Assembly: GCA_964371405.1 (NCBI GenBank)
Contig: CAYJLV010000022.1
Span: forward strand, 1,227 to 65,226
Reading direction: 5' to 3'
Length of the DNA: 64,000 nt
Source of the DNA: an uncultured Burkholderiaceae bacterium
GTDB taxonomy: Bacteria; Pseudomonadota; Gammaproteobacteria; Burkholderiales; Burkholderiaceae_C
Part shown: one piece after another, positions 36,844-46,672 of the stretch
Numbering within the stretch: the first letter of the stretch is position 1
Layout of the letters: every line of letters begins with the position of its first letter
Notes under the pieces: model-generated
Databases searched by the model: none
What the model saw: the letters and a program-made list of their open reading frames with translations, nothing else
What the model was told of the DNA's origin: nothing
Translations under genes and position numbers: made by a program

Positions 36844-38211
36844 ATGATCGGCAAGCAGCCTGCGGCTTCGGCCGGCCTCGGCTTCAGCGCCCTGTTCGCC
36901 GCGGCCGTCGGCGTGATCGTGGCGCAGATCAGCATGGCCAGCTCGGCGCAGGGCATCGGCATCGGCGGTTGGGGCTTCGTGGCCGCGCTGGTGATCGCCT
37001 TCGCGCTGTCGATGGCCAACGCGCTGGCCTATGCCGAGATGTCGCTGATGATGCCCAGCCAGGGCAGCCTGTCGAGCTTCGCCGAGGCGGCGATCGGCAA
37101 CTTCCCGGCCATCATGCTGGTCTTCGCCGGCTACGTGACGCCGGCGATGTTCGGCCTGCCCGCCGAGCTGATCCTGGCCGACCAGATCCTCACGCAGACG
37201 GTCCCGCTGCCGCTGCCCAAGCACTTCTGGCCGGTGGCCCTGGTGGTGCTGTTCGCGGTGCTCAACATCCTCGGCACCGACGTGTTCGCGCGCGTGCAGA
37301 CGGCGCTGAGCTTCGTCGTGCTGCTGTTCCTGGGGGTCACCGGGGTGCTGGCGCTGTCGGGCGGCGCCGCCACGGCGCCCGACGCCGCGGCGGGCCTGGC
37401 GCAGCTCGCGCAGGGGACGACGGTGCTCAGCCTGGTGGCGCTCGCCTTCTGGGTGTTCGCCGGCATCGAGTTCGTCACGCCGCTGGTGACGGAAGCACGC
37501 GACGCGCGGCGCGACCTGCCGCGCGCCATGGTGCTGGGGCTGGTGACGCTGCTCGCGGTGCAACTCGTGTTCGTGCTCGGCGCCGCGGCGCTCGCGCCGC
37601 GCGACAAGCTCGCCGCCGCACCGACGCCGCATCTGGACGTGGCGATGGCCGTGTACGGCCCGGGCGCGAAGGTGTTCGTCGCGGTGCTGGCGCTGCTGGC
37701 TTCGGCCAGCCTCATCAACACCGTGCTGGCCGCCGTGCCGCGCATGCTCGCCGGCATGGCCGACAACGGCCAGGTGTTCCCGCTGCTGAAGTACCGCCAC
37801 CCGACGCGCGGCACGCCCGTCGTCGCCATCGTCTTCGTCGCGGCGCTGCCGCTGGTCGGCCTGTTCTGGTCCGGCGGCAATGTCGAGTCGATCCTGCCGC
37901 TGATGGTGGCGGCCTCGGTGGCCTGGCTGATGGCGTACATCATGGCGCAGGTGTCGCTGATCGTGCTGCGCGGCCGCCATGCGTCGATGGCGCGGCCGTT
38001 TCGCGTGCCCGGCTATCCCGTCGTGCCCGCGCTGGCGATCGCCGGCATGGTGTTCGTCATCGCCAACAGCTCGCCGGCGCCCGAGCTGACGCGCCCGATC
38101 GTCACCTACACCGGCGTCGTTCTGGCCGTGTTCGCGCTGGTCGGTGCAGTGTGGGTCAAGCTCGTCATGAAGAAGGGCCTGTTCGAGCCCGTGAAGCCGC
38201 ACGTCGGCTGA
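36844..38211 (+). CDS. APC family amino acid/amine permease
   Basis: About 455 aa with 12 predicted TM segments and an APC-like N-terminus (AYAEMSLMMPSQGS). ATG 36844 lies within ORF 36277-38211. Confidence 0.85.
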   Translation: MIGKQPAASAGLGFSALFAAAVGVIVAQISMASSAQGIGIGGWGFVAALVIAFALSMANALAYAEMSLMMPSQGSLSSFAEAAIGNFPAIMLVFAGYVTPAMFGLPAELILADQILTQTVPLPLPKHFWPVALVVLFAVLNILGTDVFARVQTALSFVVLLFLGVTGVLALSGGAATAPDAAAGLAQLAQGTTVLSLVALAFWVFAGIEFVTPLVTEARDARRDLPRAMVLGLVTLLAVQLVFVLGAAALAPRDKLAAAPTPHLDVAMAVYGPGAKVFVAVLALLASASLINTVLAAVPRMLAGMADNGQVFPLLKYRHPTRGTPVVAIVFVAALPLVGLFWSGGNVESILPLMVAASVAWLMAYIMAQVSLIVLRGRHASMARPFRVPGYPVVPALAIAGMVFVIANSSPAPELTRPIVTYTGVVLAVFALVGAVWVKLVMKKGLFEPVKPHVG

Positions 38212-38227
38212 CGTCGGCGATCTCGTC

Positions 38228-39487
38228 ATGACCCGCGCAGTTCCCCGCATCCTGATCATCGGCACCGTCGACACCAAGCGCGACGAGATCGACTTCCTGT
38301 GCCGCAGCGTCGAGCACTGCGGCGGCGAGGCGCTCGTGATGGACGTCGGCGTGCTGGACGCGGGCGGCATCGCGGCCGCCATTGCGAACACCGAAGTCGC
38401 GGCGGCGGCCGGCGTCACGCTGCAGCAGCTGATCGACAGTGGCGACGAGAACTCGGCGATGGCAGCGATGGCGCGCGGCGCCTCGGCGCTCGCGCTGCAG
38501 TGGCACACCGCCGGCCGCTACGACGGCCTGCTGGCGCTCGGCGGCACGATGGGTACCGACCTCGCGCTCGACGTGGCGCAGGCGCTGCCGCTGGGCGTGC
38601 CCAAGGTCGTGCTGTCGACGATCGCCTACTCGCACCTCGTGCCGCCCGACCGCGTGCCGCCCGACCTGATCATGCGCCTGTGGGCGGGCGGGCTGTACGG
38701 CCTGAACCGCCTGTGCCGCAACGCGCTGGCGCAAGCCGCCGGGGCGGCGGTGGGGGCCTGCCTGGCGCGTGTCGACGAGGTCGATGCCGACGGCGCGCCG
38801 CGCCCGGTCGTCGGCATGACCTCGCTCGGCTCGAGCGTGCTGCGCTACATGAAGCTGCTCAAGCCCGCGCTCGAGCAGCGCGGCTACGAGCTCGCCGTGT
38901 TCCACACCACGGGCATGGGCGGGCGCGCGTTCGAAGAGCTGGCCGCGCGCGGCTGGTTCGTCGCCGTGATGGACTTCAGCCTCCAGGAACTCGTCAACCA
39001 CATGGGCGGATCCTGCGTGACGGCGGGCGCCGACCGGTTGCGCAGCGCGGGGCGCGCCGGCATCCCGCAGATCGTCGCGCCGGGAGCCACCGACATGATC
39101 GACTACGCGACCTGGTCGAGCTGCCCGAGCCGCTTCGAGGGCCGCCCCACGCACGCCCACAACCGCCTGATCGCGTCGGTGTGCATCGATGCGCCGATGC
39201 GCCGCGAAGTGGCGCGCGAGATCGCCGCGCGGCTGGCCGAGTCGCGTGGGCCGGCCTGCGTGCTGCTGCCCGTACAGGGCATCGAGGAATGGGACCGCCC
39301 CGGCCAGCCGCTGCACGATCCCGAAGGCCTGGCGGCGCTCGTCGACGAGTTGCCGCGCCATCTGGGCGGTGCGACGCAGCTCGAGCGGCTCGACGCGCAC
39401 ATCAACGACGATGCCTTCGCGCAGGCGGCGCTGCGCGTGTTCGATGATTGGGTCGAGCGCGGCCTGATCCCGCGAGGCCGGTCATGA
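38228..39487 (+). CDS. UPF0261 / Tm-1-like ATP-binding domain protein
   Basis: [17 protein letters not shown] ... LGGTMGTDL ... VLSTIA resembles the UPF0261 family. Confidence 0.8.
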   Translation: MTRAVPRILIIGTVDTKRDEIDFLCRSVEHCGGEALVMDVGVLDAGGIAAAIANTEVAAAAGVTLQQLIDSGDENSAMAAMARGASALALQWHTAGRYDGLLALGGTMGTDLALDVAQALPLGVPKVVLSTIAYSHLVPPDRVPPDLIMRLWAGGLYGLNRLCRNALAQAAGAAVGACLARVDEVDADGAPRPVVGMTSLGSSVLRYMKLLKPALEQRGYELAVFHTTGMGGRAFEELAARGWFVAVMDFSLQELVNHMGGSCVTAGADRLRSAGRAGIPQIVAPGATDMIDYATWSSCPSRFEGRPTHAHNRLIASVCIDAPMRREVAREIAARLAESRGPACVLLPVQGIEEWDRPGQPLHDPEGLAALVDELPRHLGGATQLERLDAHINDDAFAQAALRVFDDWVERGLIPRGRS

Positions 39488-40164
39488 CGCAGGCGCTGGT
39501 GCTCGACTTCGGCGGCGTGATCACGCGCACGCTGTTCGAGACGCACGCGGCGAGCGAGGCCGCGCTCGGGCTGCCGCCGGGCACGCTCGCGTGGCGCGGC
39601 CCGTTCGACCCGGAACACGACGCGCTGTGGCGCGACATGCAGGCCGACCGGATCTCGGAACGCGACTACTGGATGGCGCGCACGCGAGAAGTCGGCCGGC
39701 TCGTCGGCGAAGACTGGGACCGCATGGAGACCTTCGTGCAGCGCGCCCGCGGCGCCGACGTCGAGACCGTGATCCGGCCCGAGGCCGTCGCTGCGATCGA
39801 CGCAGCAAGCGCTGCGGGCTGCAAGCTGGCGCTGCTGTCCAACGAGCTGGACCTGTTCTACGGGCAGGGCTTTCGCGAGCGGCTGCCGTTGCTGCGCGAT
39901 TTCGACGTCGTCGTCGACGCGACCTACACCCACATCCTCAAGCCGGACCCACGCGCCTACCGCGCTTGCCGGGAACAACTCGGCGTGCCGGCGGACGCCT
40001 GCGTCTTCATCGACGACCAGCAGCGCAACGTCGACGGCGCCTTGCGCGAAGGCTGGCGCGCCGTGTACCTCGACGTGCGCTCGCCGGGCCGCGCCTTCGC
40101 GCAGGCGCTCGCGCTGCTCGGCGTCGACGCGCCCGAAGCGCTGATCGACCACACCACCCCATGA
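39484..40164 (+). CDS. HAD superfamily hydrolase
   Basis: Motif [10 protein letters not shown], motif III K in ILKPD, motif IV FIDDQ. Its ATG overlaps the upstream stop (ATGA). Confidence 0.8.
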   Translation: MTQALVLDFGGVITRTLFETHAASEAALGLPPGTLAWRGPFDPEHDALWRDMQADRISERDYWMARTREVGRLVGEDWDRMETFVQRARGADVETVIRPEAVAAIDAASAAGCKLALLSNELDLFYGQGFRERLPLLRDFDVVVDATYTHILKPDPRAYRACREQLGVPADACVFIDDQQRNVDGALREGWRAVYLDVRSPGRAFAQALALLGVDAPEALIDHTTP

Positions 40165-41414
40165 AGATCGCGATCCTCGGCAGCGGCGTCATCGGAACGA
40201 CCGCGGCCTGGTACCTCGCGCGCGACGGCCACGAGGTCATCGTCATCGATCGGCAGGACGGCGTGGCGCTCGAAACGAGCTTCGCCAACGCGGGCGAAGT
40301 GTCGCCCGGCTACTCGGCGCCGTGGGCCGGCCCGGGCGTGCCGCTCAAGGCGATCCGCTGGCTCATGATGCGTCACCGCCCGCTGGTGATCCGACCGGCG
40401 CTCGACGCCGCGATGTGGCGCTGGGGCTGGGCGATGCTGCCCAATTGCACACAGGCGCGCTACCGCGTCAACAAGGCGCGCATGCTGCGGCTGGCCGAGT
40501 ACAGCCGCGACTGCCTGGTCGCGTTGCGCGCCGACACCGGCATCCGCTACGACGAGCGCAGTCGAGGCACGCTGCAACTGTTCCGCACACATAAGCAGCT
40601 CGACGCAACGGCCAAGGACATCGAGATCCTGAGCCGCTTCGGCGTCCCCTTCGAACTGCTCGACCGCGATGGATACGTCGAGCACGAGCCGGCGCTGGCG
40701 CGCGTGCGCGACAAGTTCGTCGGCGCGCTGCGCCTGCCCGGCGACGAGACGGGCGACTGCCACAAGTTCAGCCAGGCGCTGGCCGAGCGGGCGCAAGGCC
40801 TCGGCGTGCAGTTCCGCTTCGGCACGCACATCCGCGCACTCGCGAGCGACGGCCAGGCCGTCACGTCGGTCGAGACTGACGCGGGGCCGGTGCGGGCCGA
40901 CCGCTACCTCGTGGCCCTCGGCAGCCACTCGACCCCGATGCTGGCGCGGCTGGGCGTGCGGCTGCCGGTGTACCCCGTCAAGGGCTACTCGATCACCGTG
41001 CCGATCACCGACGCGGCGGGCGCGCCCGAATCGACCGTGATGGACGAGACGCACAAGGTCGCCGTCACGCGGCTGGGCGATCGCATTCGCGTCGGCGGCA
41101 CGGCCGAACTGGCGGGCTATGACCTGGCGCTGGACCCGGCGCGCCGGCGCACGCTCGAGTTCGTCGTCGGCGACCTGTTCCCGCACGGCGGCGACATCGC
41201 GAACGCCGAGTTCTGGACCGGCCTCAGGCCGATGACGCCCGACGGCACGCCCATCGTCGGCCCGACCCGGCTCGCCAACCTGTGGCTCGCCACCGGCCAC
41301 GGCACGCTGGGCTGGACGATGGCCACCGGAACGGGCCGCCTGCTGTCGCACTGGATGACGGGGCGCGAGCCCGACATCGACACCGAAGGGCTGGCGCTCG
41401 AACGGTACGCGTGA
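40161..41414 (+). CDS. dadA: D-amino acid dehydrogenase small subunit
   Basis: [32 protein letters not shown] is a FAD-binding fold, and DadA-like sequence runs throughout. Its ATG overlaps the HAD stop. Confidence 0.9.
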   Translation: MKIAILGSGVIGTTAAWYLARDGHEVIVIDRQDGVALETSFANAGEVSPGYSAPWAGPGVPLKAIRWLMMRHRPLVIRPALDAAMWRWGWAMLPNCTQARYRVNKARMLRLAEYSRDCLVALRADTGIRYDERSRGTLQLFRTHKQLDATAKDIEILSRFGVPFELLDRDGYVEHEPALARVRDKFVGALRLPGDETGDCHKFSQALAERAQGLGVQFRFGTHIRALASDGQAVTSVETDAGPVRADRYLVALGSHSTPMLARLGVRLPVYPVKGYSITVPITDAAGAPESTVMDETHKVAVTRLGDRIRVGGTAELAGYDLALDPARRRTLEFVVGDLFPHGGDIANAEFWTGLRPMTPDGTPIVGPTRLANLWLATGHGTLGWTMATGTGRLLSHWMTGREPDIDTEGLALERYA

Positions 41415-41435
41415 GACACGCGCGTGCGGTGAAGT

Positions 41436-41909
41436 TCAGCCGCCGTCGCGCGTCGAGGGATCGTCGCTGCGCGATGTCGTGGCGACGACGCCGGACGGAT
41501 CGAAGTGCACGTTGAAGATGCCCCGCTCCGTTCGCGTCTCCCACCAGCGGTAGCTCCACATCTCCTCGGGCTTCAGCGCGAACGTTTGCACCCGGGTCGG
41601 CTTGCCGAGCAGATCCCGGACCCCGTCGCGGTCCATGCCGGGCCACACGCGCGCGAAGTTCTCGGCCGTCAGCACCTGCTCGATCTTCGCCACCTTGCCG
41701 TCGGCGCCGATCGTGACCCTCCACGTGGTCGCGCCTTCGGGGCCGCGCGGATACTCGAGGCGACGCCCGCCTTGCGCCGTGTCGCGCACGGTCTCGGGCG
41801 GGCCGGCCCGGCGCCGCACGTCGTCCTCGGTCGACACGCCGACCCGGATGCCCTTGAACAACCCGTTGTCGGGCTTGACGGCGTTCCAGAGGTCACGCAA
41901 GTGCTTCAT
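41436..41909 (-). CDS. BamE/SmpA_OmlA-like domain protein with no recognisable signal peptide
   Basis: Two OmlA-like segments (GVSTEDDVRRRAGPPETV; GMDRDGVRDLLGKPTRV). The N-terminus MKHLRDLWNAVKPDNG is not hydrophobic. Confidence 0.5.
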   Translation of the reverse strand: MKHLRDLWNAVKPDNGLFKGIRVGVSTEDDVRRRAGPPETVRDTAQGGRRLEYPRGPEGATTWRVTIGADGKVAKIEQVLTAENFARVWPGMDRDGVRDLLGKPTRVQTFALKPEEMWSYRWWETRTERGIFNVHFDPSGVVATTSRSDDPSTRDGG

Positions 41910-41920
41910 GCTCGTACCCG

Positions 41921-42090
41921 TCAGTGATAGTCGACTTCGAGCTGATGCCGCATCACGGGGATCACGACGTTGGCGGCGTCTTCAATCTCGAAGAGTGCGG
42001 CGCAACCTGCTCGGCAAGCTCGCGATCGAGCACGAATTCGAACAAGCGTTCGAGGTCGTCCTGCGCTACGCGCGACAAGCGGACTCGAAA
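41921..42090 (-). pseudogene. internally deleted, frameshifted ParE/RelE-type toxin remnant
   Basis: One frame reads FRVRLSRVAQDDLERLFEFVLDRELAE (ParE-like N-terminus) and then stops. Another frame ends LFEIEDAANVVIPVMRHQLEVDYH* (ParE-like C-terminus). Only about 170 nt in total and no start codon. Confidence 0.55.
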
Positions 42091-42374
42091 GCTCGCTTGC
42101 GCTTCTTGGAGGATTCGGCGCGCGCAGCATCGAGCTTGCGCTGCAGGATTTCGAGCACCACATCGGCGTCGACGTACTCACCGGTACGCCGAACCTCTTC
42201 ACGGGAACGTAGGCCGCAGGCCACGAATTCCGCCTGAACCCGCCTGCGCTCGACGCTGGCACGCACCGACGCTTCGACGGACTCGGAAAGCGTCTCGCCT
42301 TCATCCAGCACAGCCTCGACCTTGGCGCGGAACTCGGGTTCGACGCGAGCGGAAGGGACGGTGGCCGTCTTCAT
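42066..42374 (-). CDS. ribbon-helix-helix antitoxin, ParD-like
   Basis: Start ATG 42374 (MKTATVPSARVEPEFRAKVEAVLDEGETLSESVEASVR...), 102 aa, directly upstream of the toxin remnant. Confidence 0.6.
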   Translation of the reverse strand: MKTATVPSARVEPEFRAKVEAVLDEGETLSESVEASVRASVERRRVQAEFVACGLRSREEVRRTGEYVDADVVLEILQRKLDAARAESSKKRKRAFESACRA

Positions 42375-42566
42375 GCGATCAGTGTATTGCACTTGCGCTG
42401 CACGATGACGCGCGCCAACGGGATGAAAAGGCAGTCGGCGGGCCAGCGCCACGACACGCATAGGCGCTTCGCTTGCAGACAGTTTGCCGAGCCGCTGAAC
42501 CTCCGCCTCGCCTTTCCTGCGGCGGCGACTCTGGTATTCGTTGATGCATCGCAAGTCGCAATTGGT

Positions 42567-42586
42567 TAGTAATAGAATACTTACTA
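42567..42586. promoter_or_regulatory. inverted repeat TAGTAA-N8-TTACTA, candidate TetR operator
   Basis: Perfect 6-bp arms in an A/T-rich patch 16 nt upstream of the tetR ATG (42602). Confidence 0.4.
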
Positions 42587-42601
42587 CTCGAGGTTGCCGG
42601 A

Positions 42602-43294
42602 ATGTCCACCGCATCAACACGCTTGCCCACCGACGAACGCCGCGCGGCGACGATCGAGACCGTCCTCGCGCTGGCTGCCGAGCAGGATCCGAACGCGATC
42701 ACCACCACCGCGATCGCCGAGCGCATGAAGCTCACGCAAGGAGCGCTGTTCCGCCACTTCCCGACCAAGGACGCGATCTGGGAGGCCGTGATCGGCTGGG
42801 CCAGCGAGCGGCTGCTCGGCCGCATCGACGCCGCCGCTCGGGCCGCGGCCTCGCCGATGGCCGCACTCGAAGGCGTATTCCTCGCTCACATCGACTTTGT
42901 CGCCAGGCATCCGGGCGTGCCGCGCATGATGTTCGGCGAGTTGCAGCGCAAGGAGCGCACGCCGGCCAAGCGCATGGCACAGCAGTTGATGCGAGGCTAT
43001 GGCGAACGACTGCAGTTCCTGGTCGAACAGGGGAAGCGGCAAGGCGAAATCGCGCCGCAGATCGACGCCGCGACGGCGGCCACGCTGCTGATCGGCATGG
43101 TCCAGGGTCTTGTCATGCAGGCGATGTTGAACGGCGATCTCAAGTGTGTGCGGGCGCAGGCGCCGAGTGCCTTCGCCATCTATCGCCGCGGCCTTGGCTT
43201 CCGTGACGTGGTCGCCGGCCCGCAGATCGCGACACACGCATCCGCAGGTGCCGGGCCGGGGCTGCCACGGGGCGTCGACGGGAGCCTCCGATGA
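42602..43294 (+). CDS. TetR family transcriptional regulator
   Basis: The N-terminal HTH ITTTAIAERMKLTQGALFRHFPTKDAIW is typical of TetR. Confidence 0.9.
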   Translation: MSTASTRLPTDERRAATIETVLALAAEQDPNAITTTAIAERMKLTQGALFRHFPTKDAIWEAVIGWASERLLGRIDAAARAAASPMAALEGVFLAHIDFVARHPGVPRMMFGELQRKERTPAKRMAQQLMRGYGERLQFLVEQGKRQGEIAPQIDAATAATLLIGMVQGLVMQAMLNGDLKCVRAQAPSAFAIYRRGLGFRDVVAGPQIATHASAGAGPGLPRGVDGSLR

Positions 43295-44715
43295 CCCTCA
43301 GCGCCGACATCAGGCGCGGCGGATCGCACCAACGCAGCGACGGCCACAGAGCGTGGCGGCCATGGCTCGGCTTGGCGCTGGCCGCCGCGGCCCAGGCGGC
43401 CGTGGCGCAGAGTGCCGGCCTGAGCCTGCCGGAGGTGCTGCGCCAGGCACTCGCCAACAACCCGCAGCACCTTTCTCGGCAGCTCGAAATCGACCGTGCC
43501 GGTGCGGGTCTTGCAGCGGCGCGAGCGGCCACAAGCCCGGTACTCGATGCCAACGCAAGCGCCACACGCTACGGCTACCCGACCTTCGTGCACGGCATCC
43601 GGGCGCCGGGGGTATTTCCGCCGCTGGACGAGACCATCGTCGCACTCGGCGTGGCGCTCAAGCTGCCGCTGTACACCGGCGGCCGACTCGAACAAGGCGT
43701 GGCGCTGGCCGACCTGGGGCAACAGATCGCGCTCGAGCGCGAGCGGCTCGGCGTGCAGGAACTCGCGTTCAACGTCGGTTCGGTGTACTTCAAGATCCAG
43801 CACCTCGCCGCTTTGGCGGAGGTCTATGCGGCGCGCATCGTGTCGCTCGAGAGTCAGGCGAAGCGCGCGGCGCTGCTGCGCGAGACCGGAAAGACCGGCA
43901 AGCTCGATCAGCTGAAGATCGGCACGCTGCTGACCAAGGCTCGCCACGACCGCCTGCAGATCGAGCACCGCGGCCGCGAGGCGTGGACGCTGCTGTATCA
44001 GCTCGCCGGCGCACAGCGTCCGGCGCAAGTGCCGGCGCTGACGCGTTACGTGGCGGCATGGGCACCCGATGCGACGCTCGAGCAGATGCGACAGAAGGCG
44101 CTCGCGCAGCGCCCCGAACTGCAGATCGCCGAGCGACAGACAGCCGCCGGCCTCGCCAAGGAAAAGCTGGCGCGCGGCGACTCGCGCCCCGCGGTGTCGC
44201 TGCTCAGCGGCCTGAGCGAGCGCAGCGGCGGCAATGGCCGCTTCTACAACGACTGGAATATCGGCGTGATGTTGAGCGTGCCGCTGTTCGACGGCGGCCT
44301 TCGTCGCGCGCGCGTCGAGGACGCGGTGGTGGCGCGGCGCCAGACCGAACTGGCCGCGCAACAGCTGCGGCTCGAGGTCGGCAAGCAGGTCGAGGACGCA
44401 TGGAACGCCCACGCAGAGGCCGAGTCGCGCCTGCGCGTCACGGCCACCAGCATCGCCGAGGCGAGCGAGGTGCTGGCGATCGAGAAGCTCAAGCTCGACC
44501 AGGGCGTGGGCCTGGTCACCGACGTGCTCAATGCCGAGACCGCGCTGCTCGGCGCGCAGGTCGATCGACTGCAGGCGCAATTCGACCTGATCACCACGCG
44601 CCTGAACCTGCTGCGCGCTACCGGTGCGTTGAGCCCTGAGCGCGTCGCCACGCTGGTCGCACCTGACAACGGTGCGCCCGAGGCCGGTTCACCTTCGGAG
44701 CGCGACAAGCGATGA
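43291..44715 (+). CDS. TolC-family outer-membrane efflux protein
   Basis: Its ATG overlaps the tetR stop. LSLPEVLRQALANNPQ ... with repeated coiled-coil/beta segments, OMF-like. Confidence 0.85.
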   Translation: MTLSADIRRGGSHQRSDGHRAWRPWLGLALAAAAQAAVAQSAGLSLPEVLRQALANNPQHLSRQLEIDRAGAGLAAARAATSPVLDANASATRYGYPTFVHGIRAPGVFPPLDETIVALGVALKLPLYTGGRLEQGVALADLGQQIALERERLGVQELAFNVGSVYFKIQHLAALAEVYAARIVSLESQAKRAALLRETGKTGKLDQLKIGTLLTKARHDRLQIEHRGREAWTLLYQLAGAQRPAQVPALTRYVAAWAPDATLEQMRQKALAQRPELQIAERQTAAGLAKEKLARGDSRPAVSLLSGLSERSGGNGRFYNDWNIGVMLSVPLFDGGLRRARVEDAVVARRQTELAAQQLRLEVGKQVEDAWNAHAEAESRLRVTATSIAEASEVLAIEKLKLDQGVGLVTDVLNAETALLGAQVDRLQAQFDLITTRLNLLRATGALSPERVATLVAPDNGAPEAGSPSERDKR

Positions 44716-45722
44716 AAGCCAACCCACGGATCGTCAAACCCCTCCTGACCGTCGTCGTGCTGGCGGCGGTCGCCGCGGGGGCATGGCTGGCCGCGCCGCA
44801 CTTTCTCGACGGCGGCGAGACGGGCCTGATCGCCTCGGGCACCGTCGAGGCCACCGAGACGCAGCTCGGTTTCCTGAGCGCCGGCCGCATCGAGTCGCTC
44901 GCGCCGCGCGAGGGCGAGGCGGTGAAGCCGGGCACCGAGCTGGGCCGCCTCGACCGCAGCGAACTGCTCGCGCGTCGCGAACAGGCTCTGGCGCAGGTGG
45001 CCACCGCACAGGCGCTGCTGCGCGAACTGCAAAGCGGCTTTCGCGGCGAAGAGGTCGCACAGGGTCGCGCGGCGCTTGCCGCCGCGGCCGATCGGCTGGC
45101 CGACACCCGACGCGACGTCGAGCGCGCGCAGCGCCTGTTCGAAGGCGGCGCGGTCGGCGCCGAGAGTCTCGACAAGGCACGCATGGTCTTCGACGTGGCG
45201 ACCAGCCAGCACGAGCAGGCGCGCCAGCAGCTGCGCATCCTGCAGACCGGCACCCGGCGCGAGAAGATCGACGTGCAGCGCGCGCAGGTGGCGCAGGCCG
45301 AAGCGGCGATCAAGCCGATCGACGCGACGCTGGCGCAGATGGTGATCCATGCGCCCTTCGGGGGCATCGTCACGGTGCGCCATCGCGAGCCCGGCGAGAC
45401 CGTCGTGCCCGGCGCGCCGGTATTCACGCTGATGAACCCCGACGACCGCTGGGTGCGCATCTACGTACCCGAGTACCGCATCGGCCAGCTGGGGCTGGGG
45501 GCGAAGGCGACGATCAGCACCGACAGCTTCGCCGGCAAGGCCTATCGCGGCGAAGTGGTGTTCATCGCGTCGGCAGCCGAGTTCACGCCGAAGACGGTGC
45601 AGACGACCGAGGAGCGCGTCAAGCTCGTCTACGCCGTGAAGGTGCGGGTGCTGGAGGATGCGGCGCTCGAGCTCAAGCCGGGCATGCCTGCCGACGTGCA
45701 ACTCGACAGCGCCGCGCCATGA
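44712..45722 (+). CDS. HlyD-family membrane fusion protein (YbhG-like)
   Basis: N-terminal TM, coiled-coil hairpin and C-terminal beta-barrel (PGMPADVQL). Start and stop overlap the neighbouring genes on both sides. Confidence 0.85.
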   Translation: MKANPRIVKPLLTVVVLAAVAAGAWLAAPHFLDGGETGLIASGTVEATETQLGFLSAGRIESLAPREGEAVKPGTELGRLDRSELLARREQALAQVATAQALLRELQSGFRGEEVAQGRAALAAAADRLADTRRDVERAQRLFEGGAVGAESLDKARMVFDVATSQHEQARQQLRILQTGTRREKIDVQRAQVAQAEAAIKPIDATLAQMVIHAPFGGIVTVRHREPGETVVPGAPVFTLMNPDDRWVRIYVPEYRIGQLGLGAKATISTDSFAGKAYRGEVVFIASAAEFTPKTVQTTEERVKLVYAVKVRVLEDAALELKPGMPADVQLDSAAP

Positions 45723-46672
45723 ACCCGGCAAACGCCGCCGCGACAGGGGCCGCGCCCGCGATTCGCGTGCAGGGCCTGACGCGCCGCTTCGGCTCCACGC
45801 TGGCCGTGGACGACTTGAGTTTCGAGGTCGCCGCCGGCGAACTGTTCGGCTTGGTCGGCCCCGACGGCGCGGGCAAGACCACCGCGCTGCGCATGCTGGC
45901 CGGCGTGCTGCGGCCGACTGCGGGCGACGCGGTGCTCGGCGGCGTCAGCGTCGCGCGCGATCCAGAGGGCGTGAAGCACGAGATCGCCTACATGTCGCAG
46001 CGTTTCGGACTGTATGCCGACCTGACGGTGCTGGAGAACCTGCACTTCTATGCCGACTTGTACCAGGTGCCGCAGCAGGATCGCGCGGCACGCCTGGTGC
46101 GCCTGTTCCACTTTTCCAACCTCGAACCGTTCAAGGACCGTCTGGCCGGCAAGCTCTCCGGCGGCATGAAGCAGAAGCTCGGCCTGTCTTGCGCGCTGAT
46201 CCACCAGCCGAAGATCCTGCTGCTCGACGAGCCGACGTTCGGCGTCGACCCGATCTCGCGTCGCGACCTGTGGCTGATCGTGCACGACATGGTCGCGCAG
46301 GGCGTCACCGTCGTCGTCAGCACAGCCTACATGGACGAGGCCGAACGCTTCGACCGTGTCGCGCTGCTGCACCAGGGCCGGCTGCTCGCGCTCGATTCGC
46401 CGGCGGCGCTGCAGCGTTCGCTCGCCGGCGAGGTGCTGGTGGTGCAGGTCGAGCCGGCGCGCGCCGCGCGCGATCTGCTGCGTTCGCATCCGAAGGTGCA
46501 GCGCGCAGCGCTGTTCGGCGACAAGCTGCATGTCACCGTGGCGTCGGCCGCCGACGACGCGCCGGCGATCGATGCCGCGCTGCGCGGCGCGGGGTTCGTG
46601 CCGGGCGAACTGCATGCAGCGGCGGCGTCGATGGAGGATGTATTCATCGACCGCATGACGGAGGCGGTGTGA
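45719..46672 (+). CDS. ABC transporter ATP-binding protein (first of two)
   Basis: Walker A GPDGAGKTT, signature LSGGMKQKL, Walker B LLLDEPT. ATG 45719 overlaps the HlyD stop. Confidence 0.9.
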   Translation: MNPANAAATGAAPAIRVQGLTRRFGSTLAVDDLSFEVAAGELFGLVGPDGAGKTTALRMLAGVLRPTAGDAVLGGVSVARDPEGVKHEIAYMSQRFGLYADLTVLENLHFYADLYQVPQQDRAARLVRLFHFSNLEPFKDRLAGKLSGGMKQKLGLSCALIHQPKILLLDEPTFGVDPISRRDLWLIVHDMVAQGVTVVVSTAYMDEAERFDRVALLHQGRLLALDSPAALQRSLAGEVLVVQVEPARAARDLLRSHPKVQRAALFGDKLHVTVASAADDAPAIDAALRGAGFVPGELHAAAASMEDVFIDRMTEAV

